From the NCBI GenBank assembly GCA_003971905.1, contig RSEE01000040.1, positions 558,001 through 592,739 of the forward strand: DNA of 34,739 bases. Reading direction: 5' to 3'. Shown here piece by piece: positions 12,393 through 25,072 of this stretch. The notes beneath the pieces were generated by a model. The model was not told the DNA's origin. It searched no databases and saw only the letters and a program-made list of their open reading frames with translations. The stretch's first letter is position 1. Each line of letters begins with the position of its first letter. This DNA is from Moniliella sp. 'wahieum'. Lineage: Eukaryota. Both the position numbers and the translations under genes were made by a program.

Positions 12393-12465
12393 CCATCTCA
12401 AGGTCTCTCCGACCCATCCCAAGGTCCCTCCGACCCATCCCAAGGTCCCTCCGACCCATCCCAAG
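12393..12465 (+). repeat. 21-bp tandem repeat (about 3.5 copies) inside the copia gag region
   Basis: Unit CCATCCCAAGGTCCCTCCGAC; one frame reads PSQGPSD repeats. Confidence 0.9.
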
Positions 12466-14877
12466 ACCCCCCTGGCCTTCTGGACCCGTTACGATCCCGC
12501 CCTTGGGTCAGACTCCTAAGGCTGTATCCGCCACAACTCATTTGTCTGCCCCTGTGCCTGCACATTCTGATGAGCCTCCTCCTGTCGACGAGGAAGTTAT
12601 TGCCGCATTGACGAAGGCAAGCGCTCATAATCTAAGCCCGGACAATCTGGTGGACATGGCAAAGGCGTGTTGGGGTCCTGATGTGGGCTGCCGTGCTGCT
12701 TTTCTAGTTTTACAGAATCGCAACACTCACTCCACATTGGATTTTGGGGGACCCCATCTGAGCCCTTCCAGTCTCTGGCCGAACTTACGCGCAGCGTCAA
12801 CGCTGAGGACAAATACATTTTCGGACAGAGTTTTGGCCCTGGGTGGATTTGGTTCTGAGCCGATTGGACGATGCGGTGGACGGTGCACGTGCGTTGATTC
12901 AGGACGGCCAAGACGATCCTCATTACACATCTTCTAGATCGTAAACTCCACGCTCCGCTCTTGGCCTATCTACACTGCGATGTTAGCTCCACCATCCCAT
13001 CCTCTGAAACTGGCGGCATGGCTTCCGAGCTGTTCCGCATCCTGGTTCAACGCTACGGCCAATCGTCACCGGCCGAGCAACTTGCCCTTCTCGGCAACTT
13101 ATTGACCTTAGTATTGGGACTTCGTCAGGGGCCGCATATGTTGAACGGCACCGCAACCTCGCTTACAAACTGCGCGCGCGCTTCGTCAACCCCTCCCTGA
13201 CTGGGTATTACGGTCCATTTTGCTCAATGGTCTCCACGATCCTACCTTTGCCGCGTGTAACCCTCATGCAGACTATGATGGTCTTTTGATGTTGATCACG
13301 AGTCGGGCCGCGACGCCCACTCAGTCCTTTATCCCGAGCGCAAGTGGACGCAGTTCGCGTCTTCGCCCTGCGTCCCGTCAGAGTTCTTTTTCCTCCGGTG
13401 GCCATTCGTCCCGGAGCAGTGGTTCTTCCCAGTGGAGTGAGGTGAGTCAGGGCAGAGGGTTTGTGCGTAGGCCGCGCAGCTCTAGTCTACACGCGTGTGG
13501 AACTGCGTATTCTGGGTCTCAGGGCGCCGCCAACTGAACCACTGCGGTTACCGTTGCGGCTACCGTGGATCCTGCTTCAGGCTCTTCCGTGACAGAGCGT
13601 GCACGCCCCGTGAGTACTGAGTTTTACACCAGGCTTTATCACGAACCCGCCACCCATGCCACGGAAGCATCCGTACCGCACCCAGTCCTACCCCTCCTCG
13701 TCCTCATGCGAATAGGACTGCGCGGGGAAAGCTGTATTACACACCCTCCCTGCGTAATGTGATTCGGAAGCGCGGCCATCCGTCTTCAAGGACAAGAACG
13801 CACTCACTTCACACTCAACATCCCAGTCAGGCTATCGTAACATAACTCTTACCGATGGCTGGGTCATGTGCAAGCCGACGGGTATTGGCCCTCTCTCTTT
13901 GTATAACTATCCCTGTAATTATCCCTGTCCCTGTATCCTGGACCTTCTGTGTTTGGTTGTTCATGTCGGACCTCCCCCAACTGTTTTTACTGTGATGGCT
14001 CTTTTCCTCTATTAACTTGAAGAGTGCCAATCACTTTTCGATGACTGTGAGCTCGAGTGTTTGGTCGTAGCGTGACGGAAAGACTTCTATCTACCGTATC
14101 CCGCAGGTGATGATATAGTACACCTCGACTTTGCTAAGGACGCCACTTACAACGCCGACTCCAGGAAGTTCATTGCGCATTGAACCTATATTCCGGTACC
14201 CGAAACCACAGTCTCTACAGTCCCCATCCCCTGACGCAATTCCGTTTCGGTCATATTCTGTCGAGAGGCCATGAGCAATGGAAACGAACATCCATGTCTC
14301 CTGTGGCCAGCTCTCACTGCGCAACCGACTCCCAGCTTCCTCCTTCTCATTTTCTCCGTCAAAATACGTGGCTTCAGTTCGAGCACCTGGGCTATTCTCA
14401 ATGCTTGCGGCTTTGCACGGGGTCGGCCTGCTCGTCCCGTCCCGACACTCTGTTTGCTGCTGCCTTGCTCGCTCGTTTTTCCGATGCCCGCTTATCGGAC
14501 TCACGGCGAAGCTGCTGTCGGTTTGCTGACACACCTGAAGGGCACTGCTGAACATTCCTTCTGCGGCCGCGCCAGACCCACTTCCTTGAGCTGCACACAC
14601 GCATACTTCCAAACACTTCCCGTTGCCTCGGACAAGCGCAACTCAAGGTCTGTCTCCGGGCACGTTATTATCGCGTCGTGCACAGCGTACCCGTATCGTG
14701 GAATAGCAACACGTCCATTCCTCTTCTCATCCTACCCACTCGGAGTAGGATTCTTCACAGACTCATCAGGGGAGAAACGTTAATATGCGATGAGAACATG
14801 TATTTTGAGCGGTTACGCCCCTTTGTACAGGGTGGGGGGCAAGGAGTGGGCTGGGGTGGGGTTAGACAGGAGATGGA

Positions 14878-16124
14878 CTAAGCGGCAATCTTCCACTTCA
14901 ACTGCTTGCCAGCCATAAAGGGAACGACGGCAATCTTGCCTGGCTGGGTGTCGGGCCAGCTCTGGTGGTCGGCCAAGACGTACTCAGCCGGGACCGTTCC
15001 ATCGCCTGCCTCTGCGCTCCCAGTTCGGACGAGGGTTACAGTGGGTGGGTTGGAAGGGAGTGTATGACCGTAAAACGCACGGCCGTTGCGGCTGACAAAC
15101 CCTTCGAGCTGCTCCAGCGCACCAAACGATTCCAGCAACGTCGCACACAGCGGCAGCAGAATCGCCGACGTGTACACCCCGGCCGCACACGCACACTGGG
15201 CCGCGGCAGCGTAGCTGCCATGCGAGGAGGCCGACGGCATCTTGTTGGTAAACGGGTGCGGACCGAGTCGGAGCCAAGGAAAAACCGCGGATGGCCCGAA
15301 CGCACGATTTGTTGCAGCGCAGCACGATCCTTCGGGTACTTGGCCACTGGCTTGCAAAAGTTCAATGGCTTTCCTGCCCAGTCGTCAACAATCAGCGCAA
15401 GATGGTGGGCGGTGATGGAGCAGCCAACGGTCGGACCACATTGTTTGACTGCCTCCACCGCAGCAGCTGTCGTGGCGTGCTCCAGCACAATCTTGAGCGT
15501 GGGGAAGCGAGCATGAATCTTGTGTAGCTGCTTGAGGAACGCTTCCTCAGCGTTCAACACCAAATTCCCTGTGTGTGAGGACATGGAAATGTCAGTTCCA
15601 GGTGGCATAGCTGTCGTACGACATCCCTTGGCCTGGCAGAAGCCTACGGGGAAGAGGGATCGGGGGATCGGGGGCCAAAAGAGGAACAAAAACGTACTAG
15701 TTCGGGGTCACTTGGAATCTCCCCATGCAAGTTGAGCACCAACCCTTCCTGCGCCATGGCCTCAAATACAGGGTAGTACCTCGTAGTTTTCAATGCCCCC
15801 GTCCGAGTTGGTCGTCACACCGCGTGGGTAGGACTTGACCCCGCGAATGCCGGCGCGGGCAGCCTTGCGGATCTCATCCGGGGTGAGAGAGGGGAGAGGT
15901 AGAGGGTCATCACCCATTCTGTCGCGGGCGCAAGGGCGAGAGCTCTGCTGCTTGTACGCCAGCGCCTCCTCCACCGAGCTGATGGGGGGTGGTGTGTTGG
16001 GCATGACATAGCCCAGGGCAAATCCGCCTTGCTGCACATGGGGCGCAATCAGAGAAGCCATCGGGCCCTGGCGGACATGCACATGGTAGTCGGCGGGCGC
16101 GGGGATGGAGATGGAAGACACCAT
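14878..16124 (-). CDS. URA4: Dihydroorotase (fungal homodimeric type); one intron (15569-15697); apparent assembly frameshifts
   Basis: PADYHVHVRQG, YVMPN, GVKSYPRGVTTNS, LNLHGEIP, LNAEEAFL, IVLEHATT, ITAHHL, FCKPVAKYPKDRAAL, FFLGSDSAPHP, CAAGVYT, LEGFVSRNGRAFY, VVPFMAGKQLKWKI. Intron GTACGT...CTGAC...CAG. Confidence 0.95.
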
Positions 16125-16547
16125 GGCCGAGACGGAGATGGAGGTGGAGATGGAGGTGGAGGGGGGGATGCTGTGGGGTGCTGCTGCTGCTGCTATGGTG
16201 GTCCAATCCGAACTACTCCGCAGCGCATTTGTTAATTTGTTCGCATCGGACACCGGACATGATGCTGGGCATTGCACCGATCTTTGAAATATACCATTGC
16301 GCTGGAGCCGCACGGCACGGCGCAGGAGCAGTGTCTCAGCGCAGCAGCCACTGCGTCGCCCTCGGCTCCGGGCCACGGCGCTTCCCGGGTGCTGCCAGTG
16401 GGCTGCCTTTGCCATGCGTCCGGCCTCAGACGAGCTGCCTCCAGCTTCACGCCAGGCGCCGCTCTTGAGCCTACCACCTGCCCCCTTCCCCCTCTCCCTC
16501 TGCCCCCCGGCTCGCCGCTCGCCGCTCCCGCACCTTCTCTCCCCGCC

Positions 16548-17411
16548 ATGGCTGTCCCCCCCTCCTGGAAGGACCTGAGCAAGGCCACCACCGACCTGCT
16601 CGGCAAGGACTACCCCCTGGGCAGCGCCACCCTCGATCTCAAGACCGTCGCACCCAATGGCGCCACCTTCCATGTCCAGGGCTCCCGTCTGAACGGCAAG
16701 AACGGCCTGTTTGGCGACTTGGAGGTCAAGGTGGCCAACAAGGCCAAGGGCCTTACCGCCTCGACCGTCGTCACCTCGTCGAACCAGGTGCGACAGACGC
16801 TGGAGGCGGAGAACTACCTGGTCAAGGGCTTCAAGCTGGACTTTGTTGGTACCTTCCATCCCGACAAGGGCACCAAGACAGGTGTCATCAACACCACCTT
16901 TAAGCAGCCGCGACTGCACACCCGCACGCTGATTGATCTCAGCAGGGCCCTTTATTGTTCACGACAGTGTGGCCGGGCGGACGGCTTGCTGGCTGGCTAC
17001 TCGGCGGTGGTCAACACGCAGACCAAGGAGCTGACCAACTACGAGGTGGGCGCCGGCGTGTATGCGCCGGACTACTCGATCACCTTGCAGAGCACCAAGA
17101 AGCTCACGCACTATGTCGCGTCGTACACCACCGCATCAATGCCGCTCGAGACGGGCGCGCGGATCCATTACGACGGGTCGAAGCCAGTGCCGACGACCAA
17201 GCTCGAGCTGGGCAGCAAGGTGTACCTGGACAATGCGGCGTTCGTCAAGGCCAAGATCAACAACGATGGCATCCTGGGCCTGGGCTACACACAGGCGCCC
17301 GTCCTGGGGTCAAGGCGGCGCTGGGCCTGGCCTGGACACCAGGCCTTCTCGACGACCGAGACGGGCACGCCAGCGCACAAGGTGGGCGCGGCGCTGTTCT
17401 TCGAGGCGTAG
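16548..17411 (+). CDS. POR1: Mitochondrial outer-membrane porin (VDAC)
   Basis: MAVPPSWKDLSKATTDLLGKDYP N-terminal helix, FKQPRLHTR, ASYYHR-like segment, KVYLDNAAFVKAKINNDGILGLGYTQA, HKVGAALFFEA*. About 288 codons, no intron, small compensating frameshifts. Confidence 0.95.
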   Translation: MAVPPSWKDLSKATTDLLGKDYPLGSATLDLKTVAPNGATFHVQGSRLNGKNGLFGDLEVKVANKAKGLTASTVVTSSNQVRQTLEAENYLVKGFKLDFVGTFHPDKGTKTGVINTTFKQPRLHTRTLIDLSRALYCSRQCGRADGLLAGYSAVVNTQTKELTNYEVGAGVYAPDYSITLQSTKKLTHYVASYTTASMPLETGARIHYDGSKPVPTTKLELGSKVYLDNAAFVKAKINNDGILGLGYTQAPVLGSRRRWAWPGHQAFSTTETGTPAHKVGAALFFEA

Positions 17412-17913
17412 CGGCGGCAGGGACAGACGGCTGGTGATTGGGTATCGTTTGTGCTGTGATGTGTGAGGGCGTGCGCTGGTAGCTGGGCAGGTGGAGGTGG
17501 GGGGGAAGCAGTCGCATGGTAGCTGTTGGGGTAGAGCGGGGGAGGGGCAGGGTGCGCGGGGGGCTGTGGGCAGCGGAAGCGGAAGCGGAAAGACAGCGTT
17601 TCAAATAGGGATAGGGGGAGGGCGCTCAGGCTGAGCACGTGTTTGCCATCCACCCGGGACAGATCGGCGTGCGTCCCGCGTGGCACCTGGCCACCTCGGC
17701 CCCCCGCTGACATCATTCCGGCGCTCCCATCCAAAAAGTCGGGCGCGACGCTGGGTGTTGGCGGGGCAGTCTTCCTGCCACCATCTCCGCCTGAGCGCGT
17801 CGTCTTCGAGCTCGACTTCGTCGTCGTCTTCGTCTTCGTCCTTCGCCTTCGTCTTCGTCGTTGTCTTCGCTCTCGCCTTCCCCCCCACCTTCCTCCCCCC
17901 CCGCCCCGCCCCC

Positions 17914-18940
17914 ATGCGGGACACGGCTGTGGCAGGCGCTGTGCCGGCCTGCCTCGTCTGTGCTCACATGCCTCTCGACGTGGTCAAAACGCAGCTGCAG
18001 GCCCAGGGCGCCTATCCGCCCATCCGTCTGCCGCCCCGCGCCTCCACCACCCCGCCCTCCCCGCTCCGCGCATTGTCGTCCAGATCTGGCGCGCGACGGC
18101 ATCCGCGGCTTTTACCACGGCCTCGGCCCCACCATCCTCGGCTATCTGCCCACCTGGGCCATCTACTTATTTACCCTCTACGACCACGCCAAGCGCCACC
18201 TCATTAATTCCAACCTCGGCCTCAATGTCCAGCCGGCGGCCACGTGATGAGCGCCATGCTCGCCGGTGTCGCCACAACCACCATCTCCTCGCCCATCTGG
18301 TCGTCAAGACGCGTTTATGCTCCAGGCCCTCCCGCGTCCCGGCGAGGTGCCCTACCGCCACACCCTCGACGCATTTGTCCGCATTGCGCGCACCGAGGGC
18401 TTGACTGCGTTCTACAAGGGACTGGTGCCTTCCCTGATGGGCACGGCGCATGTCGCTGTCCAGTTCCCTCTCTACGACAATCTCAAGAAACTCCTTCTCC
18501 AGTACCGCCATCCCCGCCTCACCGACCCTCTCTCGCCCCAAGAAATCCTGGTGTGCTCCACCATCTCCAAAATGGTCGCTTCGTGTCTCACATACCCCCA
18601 CGAAGTGCTCCGCACCCGCTTGCAGATGCGGTACAACTTGTCCCCTCACACACCCACGCTCTGCCTTCCCCCGCTTTGTACCCCCGCGGATAGGCATGAT
18701 GGCCATGATCCAAACCATTTGGAAACACGATGGTGTGGTCGGGTTTCAAGGGCATGGGCATCAACCTCGTCAGGACACTGCCCAACTCTGCATGACTCTC
18801 CTCACGTACGTCCCCCTCCCCGCCCCCGGGCCCCTGTGCTCGCCGACCAGTGGTACCTAATGCGCCTGTCTTCTTCTTGTCTCTTCAGATACTCATCTCA
18901 TCATGCAGCCTCTGCACACTCTTCCCTCCCCAGTCGTTAG
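17914..18940 (+). CDS. YIA6: Mitochondrial carrier, NAD+ transporter Ndt1/Yia6-like; intron 18806-18888; start and end approximate
   Basis: Three carrier signature repeats PLDVVKTQLQ, PIWVVKTRFM (frameshifted), PHEVLRTRLQ. Family-typical GLGPTILGYLPTWAIY, HVAVQFPLYD, SKMVASCLTYPHEV, INLVRTLPNSA. Confidence 0.85.
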
Positions 18941-20119
18941 CCGCGTCTTGATGCCCCTGCACTTCTGTCTTACACCACGTGGCCGATGAAGGCTTAGCCT
19001 CGACCCGTTTATCTTATCCTGCCTCGACCATCGATCGCATCGATCCCACTCCCCGGACCAAGGTGCGTTTTGTTATGTTTGCAACGTGGCATACTTGTTC
19101 TCGTGCGATGGGACACTGGGCACGTCGCCCCTCCACGCTTGATACCCCCTCTTCACCAAGTGCCATTGGGACTGCCCGCACGCGTTTCCCCTTCTCGGGA
19201 GGGAGGGAATAGGAGGTGCTACTGACCAGAGCGTTTTCGGCTACCAGGTCTCCCAACAAAAAAATCAGTATCGAGGGGGCTGGGGGCAGGCCGTCGTTTT
19301 CATGGATGGGTACCGCCGATGCGTCATCGTAGAGGCGAGAGCGCGGCCAGCAGAGTGGCCATCGCGTCCATGCAATGGACCAGCCTCTCTGGTTTGGTCG
19401 GCGTGGAGGCTTGGTTGGAACTGGGCGGACTTACAGAGAAGACATGAATGGTCAAATGTAGGCCCTGATCCGGTCTCCCGTAGGCCATGGGGAGTGATAT
19501 AGAGGAAGAGCAGAAGGGAGAAGGGGAGTAGGGGCCCTCATTGTGGAGAGCTGGTCAGCACAGTAAAAAGGGTAAGCTCGGTGCTTCTGAGTGCCTTGTG
19601 TCCCTTCTGCGCCGATCGACCTGAATGATCCCTGGGCGTTCAGTTTGCTCCATCTGCTCTTGCTGGGCATCGGACTCGGCTGGTCCCTGGGCAACGCAGC
19701 AAGCTTGCCGAGCTGAAGGCTCCGAGGCACTTGGTTGGGAACTTGAGGCACACCTCGAGGCTGTGGGGTCGATGCAAAGTTAGTAGTACGCTCAATGGGG
19801 CTGCTCTTGACTCCTTCTGGCGGCTCCATGACCCAGACGGAAAGGCAATGACATATATGTAGCCTCTCCCCTTCAACTAGTGTACGGCGCCTTGCCCACC
19901 AGAGGCCGTTACATCACCTTCTGACCCACTGCCCGCCTGAGGTGACCTCGTAGAAGGTGGGGTGGGGTGACCTACTAATGAAAAGATGTTTACCATCTCG
20001 ATGGCCTTATGGTAACGGCACTCCTGCCGTGGCCTGGGTTGTGACTACATGGGTCTGTGGATGCTACCGAACAGAATCGTTCACAAGCAGTGCAATGCAG
20101 TTCAAGCAACATAGGCCGC

Positions 20120-23100
20120 TCACTTGGTCTTGCGCGGCACGCGCACAATGTCCGAATCCAAGCCAAAGTCATAGTCGCCCATCGAGCGCGGGCGACTGGC
20201 ACGCCGACGGTGCCGCTCCAGCGCACGGAAGCCCGCTTCGGGGTCATCGTCGCGGAAGTCAAGGTGAACCTTGTGGTGTGTGCGCAACAACCTGCCTTCC
20301 CCGTCGCGCGGCAGCTCCATCTGGTCCGGAATATCATCCCGCGCCTTCTTCCCACCGGCCACCTCGGTCACGCGCGCCTGGTGCAGTCGCGCGGCCGTGG
20401 TTAGATCTTCCATGTCGAACGCTGGGTCGACTTGAGCATGGAGCTGAAGTGTCTGCTTGCGCTTGAGTTCACGTGCCTTGCGCGCGCGCTGGCTCAGCCC
20501 GGCCGAGATGGACGGCAGGAAAGAGTCGTCGCCATGAACGGGCGTGACGAGTGCCGAGGGCGGCGCGAGCCGCTCCTGGTTGACAATCGCCATCGCATCC
20601 GGCCCAATCGCACCGTACGCGGCCACGTCGGGGTCCAAGCCTTGGCGCTGCTGCAGCGTCGCTTGCTTCTCTTTGCGTGACCTGACTGCCCCCGTGGACG
20701 TCTGCCGCGGTGACGCATAGGGGTCAAACACGTCTTCCGCTTCCCTGCCAACCTGCGAATCCAATCCGGCTGCATAGTCCGTCAAGCGCTCCAGCTCCAG
20801 GATCTGCTGCACCTGCTCCTCGTCCAGCTCGGCTCCCATCGTGTCCGTCCCGCCCGTCTCTCCACGGTCCACTTCATAGTCGTCATTCTCATCGACGGTC
20901 TTTTTCATCCGCACCGCCCTGGCCTTTGTCCGCTCCCGCAAGGCAGCTGGTGTGATCAGCTCGCTCGTGTCTGCCCGTGCTCGCTCCACTAGGGTAGAGC
21001 GGATGGAGGTCAGGGAAATGAGGGAACAAGTCTCCCTTGCGCGACTTGCGAGCGTCCTGGTACTTTTGCACATCCTTGTGGGGGACCACGAACCGCTTGA
21101 TGTTGCCCTCCGACGTGCAACCATACAACACACGTGCCCCCCCTTCTTGCTCGACGGGATCAGCAGGCGGGGCCACGAGTAGGATTCGATCTGCATCGCT
21201 GCATAGTCGGCCGGCGCCAGTTCTGGGGGAGCAGGAATAGGAGTTCGGCCACCAAGCGCCGGAGGCATATCCACCTCGATCGTAGCGTCCTCCGAACCCT
21301 TAGCGTGTTGCCCCTCTCCCTCTTCTTCCGCACCTTCCGGCTGGTCGGGGAAGACTTCATCGAGAATCGCAGCCTCTTCGGGCCACATGTCGCGATAGTA
21401 CTGGCCTCGGCCGAAGCCACGTTGGCCTTTTGCTCGGGGGTCAAAGGCTCCCTCAGTTCCTTTTCCTCCTGGGCTGGCGCCGCAGTTGACCGCGTCTCGC
21501 TCTGCTTTGCTGCCGTACCAGCTCTTCCACCTCCTCGTCCGTCAGCTCGCCATACGCTTCAGGGTGTTGCTGACGCAGGTGCTGCACCACGCTGGGGATG
21601 AGCGAGTCGAGCACTTCCTTCGCCTCGGCTGCTTCTTCCTCGTCCCTCTCCAGCCGACTGATGGCCTCTTGAAGTTGTTCAGCGGTAAGGATGTGGGTTG
21701 CGCCTTCCTCTTCCCCGCGCGCTGCCGCCCGGTCTCGCTCCATCTGCCGCCGCATCCACTCCACCTCACCATGCTTGGTGCGTTCCGCCATCTCGCGCAA
21801 GTCAGGCACTTCCTCCGCCCGCCTCGGCGACTTGCGCAGCCTCCTCGGCCGAGGCATCGGCCGGCAGCCATGGCGGTTTGAATGGCCTCCCGCTCGGCAG
21901 CTACCGCCACCTCCTGCCGCAGAGCCTCCTGAGCCGCATCAAGCGACGGGCGGGGGCCACGTCGAACGATGAGGTACGTGTAGTCCTTCGAGAGTTCGTC
22001 CTTCTTGGGCATGTTGAAAAGCTGAGCATGTTCGCGCGGCAAGCCGATCCGGTGGTTGAACCGGCACACTGCCCGTGTCGATTGCAAATCATTGTTCAAG
22101 TTGATCCGGTTCACCTCGGGCACAAGCGCAAAGGGATGCAGCAACGGGCAGGGCTTGTCGTGTGGGCAAGGCGCAACGACATGAGCCCCGACCATCTTGG
22201 GCGCAGCCTGCTCCGTCGTCCCAGTAGCTTCAGCCAGCCCCGTCCTCGGTGTCCACCTCATAAAACGTCTCGCCATCGATCGTCAACTCCTCTCCTCCGC
22301 GCGCAGCCGTTCCTGCGTTTTCTCACTTGTGTGGAGGCATGCGTGGTGGCACCCAGACGAAGCAGCAGTGCACGAGCGGATGCGATACAGGCAAACCCAC
22401 GCGGATCAGCCGGTTCAATCAGCACAAAGACTTCGGCCCATTTCTGTTTCCACATCCGTGTCACATAGTCTACCCGCTCTTGGTCGCTGGCAAGATGAGA
22501 GAGACGGAAGGCAGACAGGAGGATGGTGTCTTTGGTCGGGGTCTCGTGCAATCCTTCCAGCTCACCCTCCATGGCAGCCCTGTTGGCGCGGCTGATCTGC
22601 TCTTGGTCCGGGTAACTGGTCGGCACCTTCAAGGTAGTTTCGGGCTTGCCCGCCTGAAGATAGGCGTCGTATGCAGCCTGGTCTTCCGGCTCCAGCTTGA
22701 TATCGTCATCGTCTTCTTGCGACCACTGTTTTCTTCGCCGCTTGGCTGCCTTGGCTTCCTCCTTGGCCAGAGCCTCACTTTCTTCTGGGTAAGATGCTCG
22801 TACTCCACTTCAACTTCCTCCTCCTCCTCATTCTCATTCTCATTCTCCTCCTCCTCCTCCTCCCCTTGCTTGGCTGCTTCCATGGTTCGCTTCTTCTCGG
22901 CGACAGCGGCCACGTCGCGCAAGTGCTGCCGGTCGGATCGGTTGGCAGGATCGAGCAGACCAGCTTCGCGTTCGGCGCGGCGCACCTCCCGGTACAGTCG
23001 CTTGGGCACCACAATCCGAGAAGGCTTGGTAGGGCGGAAGGTGAGGGTGGCAATCAAACGGTCGTACATGTGGGTGTGAATGGGGGGCGAGTGCGAGCGG

Positions 23101-24238
23101 CCCCACGTGTCAAACCGGCTCACCTTGCCGCGCCAAGCGCGCATCGATTCCCAAGAGGAAGTTTGCGCCAGCATGTCCGCCGCCACGTTCATCCGCTTGA
23201 TGTCCCCCGTCGCACCCCAGTACTCGAGCGCGTCCTCGACCGCCGCACACGCGGGTGACGTTTCTCGTGGTTGGGCCAGGCGCCGCGGGGCGACTCCAGA
23301 GTGGGATCCTGTACTTCGTCCGACTCCCACTCCGGCTTAGGAGGCGGGTCAAACACGTCGGCAAACGCCCAGGCACCCTCGGCCCCGCGCAATCCCACTC
23401 GACCAGACGGGTGGGGTTAAAGGGTTTGGGACGCAGCGCGGGAGGTAGGTCAGAGTGGGCTTCCTCGGCCTCGGCCTGCTCGGCAGCGAGACGCTTCTTG
23501 AGCGTGGAGAGAACTCCATGGATGGCCGTGTACCGTCCGGGCGCTTCGGACACGTAGTACGCCACCAAGGCAGCCGCAGCGCGCTTCCGGGTGATGTACA
23601 ACTCATCGCGCGGGGCAGAGAACTGGTGGTTGGTCATCTGGACCGCTTGGGTGGTTTTCCAAATCTTGAGCTCGCTGCGGACTTCGCTGTTGGGCACCTG
23701 CTTGCGCAGGTACCGCACGCCGTTGATAAATCCCCAAGGCAGCATCGATCGCAGACCCCGCTGGTCAATCCCATACCGCGCCGCGGGCGACAGGCGGCGC
23801 ATCGAGTGGCCCACCGGAGCGTCAAACCCAATGTCTGCCTCCGCACCATAGTAGTTGGCCGACTCGCCGCGGTCCGGCCAAAGCTCGTCGTCGCCAGCGG
23901 TTCGGCGTCGCCCCAGTCGGTGTACTGTGCAGCCAGATCGGCCTCCGCCTGCTCCGCGCTGGGCGTATAGGCAGCGCCCGGCTGTTCGGCCAGGACTTCT
24001 GCGACGCGCGGACGACGGCCAGCAGGAAGGCGTCGGCGCCATCGGAGACGCTGTTGGACGCGACGCTGCGCCGCCGTAGTGGGCGGGGTCACGGCGGCGG
24101 GGCGGCGGTGGGCGGTCGCGTGGGCGACGGCAGCGGTCTGGAGAGAGCGGCGGGGAGAAGGCGGGCGGACAGAGGGGCGAGAGAGGGGGGAGCGCGGAGG
24201 CGCGCAGCCGCCATGGCCGGCGCAGAGAGGAAGCGCAT
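20120..24238 (-). CDS. RSM22: Mitoribosome small-subunit assembly factor Rsm22 (METTL17 family), very long form; apparent assembly frameshifts
   Basis: Arg/Ala/Leu-rich presequence MRFLSAPAMAAARLR; VLIEPADPRGFACIASARALLL; GAHVVAPCPHDKPCPL; CRF; YTYLIVRRGPRP; SYSWPRLLIPSSKKGGHV; GCTSEGNIKRFVVP; YQDARKSRKGDLFPH. Confidence 0.88.
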
Positions 24239-25072
24239 GCTCGTCGCGCGCGCAGCAGCGGACACGGAGTGGAGGTGGAGAGGAGTCGGGGGATCAGAGG
24301 CGGCGCCGCGTTGGCTTATTTCTTGTTCTCGCCAACATTCTTCGCCAGTGGCAAAATCTGAAACTCGGTGCAATGCCTGCCCAGAAGCAATGCTTCTCAA
24401 ATAAATAGGCCAACGCATTGCAAATCAATAGGACGTCGCTTGAAAGTAGCCGCGTCTGTCGCGTACAGGACCCAACGTAGTTGCCCCGCCGACTGGCAGC
24501 CTAGCAGCTTCGTAGGCTAATGCTGGCGTTCGTCCAATCCTCCTGAGGAAAGAGAGCTAGGGCGGCGCTAAAGACGGATGGACATCAGGCAGTCGAGGCA
24601 AGTGGCAGTGGGGTGGGGTCGTCTGGCAAGTCAACTGGCATGCCGCGGGCATGGTGGGCGCATGCCTCTCCCTGGGCCCATGCATGTTGTGGCGGGGCAG
24701 GGTCGAATGCATGGCGAGGGTAGCTGACACAGTGAGGTGGCGCCTGCCACGCACGGGTACCTCAGATGCCTACTATAGTACCTGCTGACGTCTGCCTGGA
24801 CCGTTCATCATTCATTTCGCCCCCCTTCGAACCACTGGTGGCCTCGCGCCTGGTGCGAGGAGACTATCCACAGTTCGGTAAAGTTGGGATGGAGAGAAGT
24901 GTTGTGCGCAAAGGTGTACTGCGCCAAGACGCCATCCTCGCCGGCCATTAAGCGCTATGGAGCGAGACAAGGGATGTCTCCGGATCGAACCCCACCACGG
25001 ATCGTTGAGCATCGACGTTTATGAGGCGGGAAAAGCGGAGAAGGGGACCCAGGCGGAAGGTAAGCGTGGGGA

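Larger units (their letters stand above)
11534..14720 (+). mobile_element. Decayed, internally deleted Ty1/copia retrotransposon (gag, RT and RNase H remnants)
   Basis: UBN2-like gag: ASELFRILVQRYGQSSPAEQLALLGNLLTL...AYVERHRNLAYKL...LLNGL (~13020-13240). RT remnants LY*LEECQSLF, AGDDIV, RPDTLFAAALLARFSDA..HGEAAVGLLTHLKGT. RNase H start ASDKRNSRSVSGHVII..PVSWNS (~14625-14710). Many stops; no integrase or 3' LTR seen. Confidence 0.75.

Noticed and set aside
24975..25000. GGTTCGATCC (minus strand) resembling a tRNA B box
   Set aside because: No T-arm stem, A box or cloverleaf can be formed.
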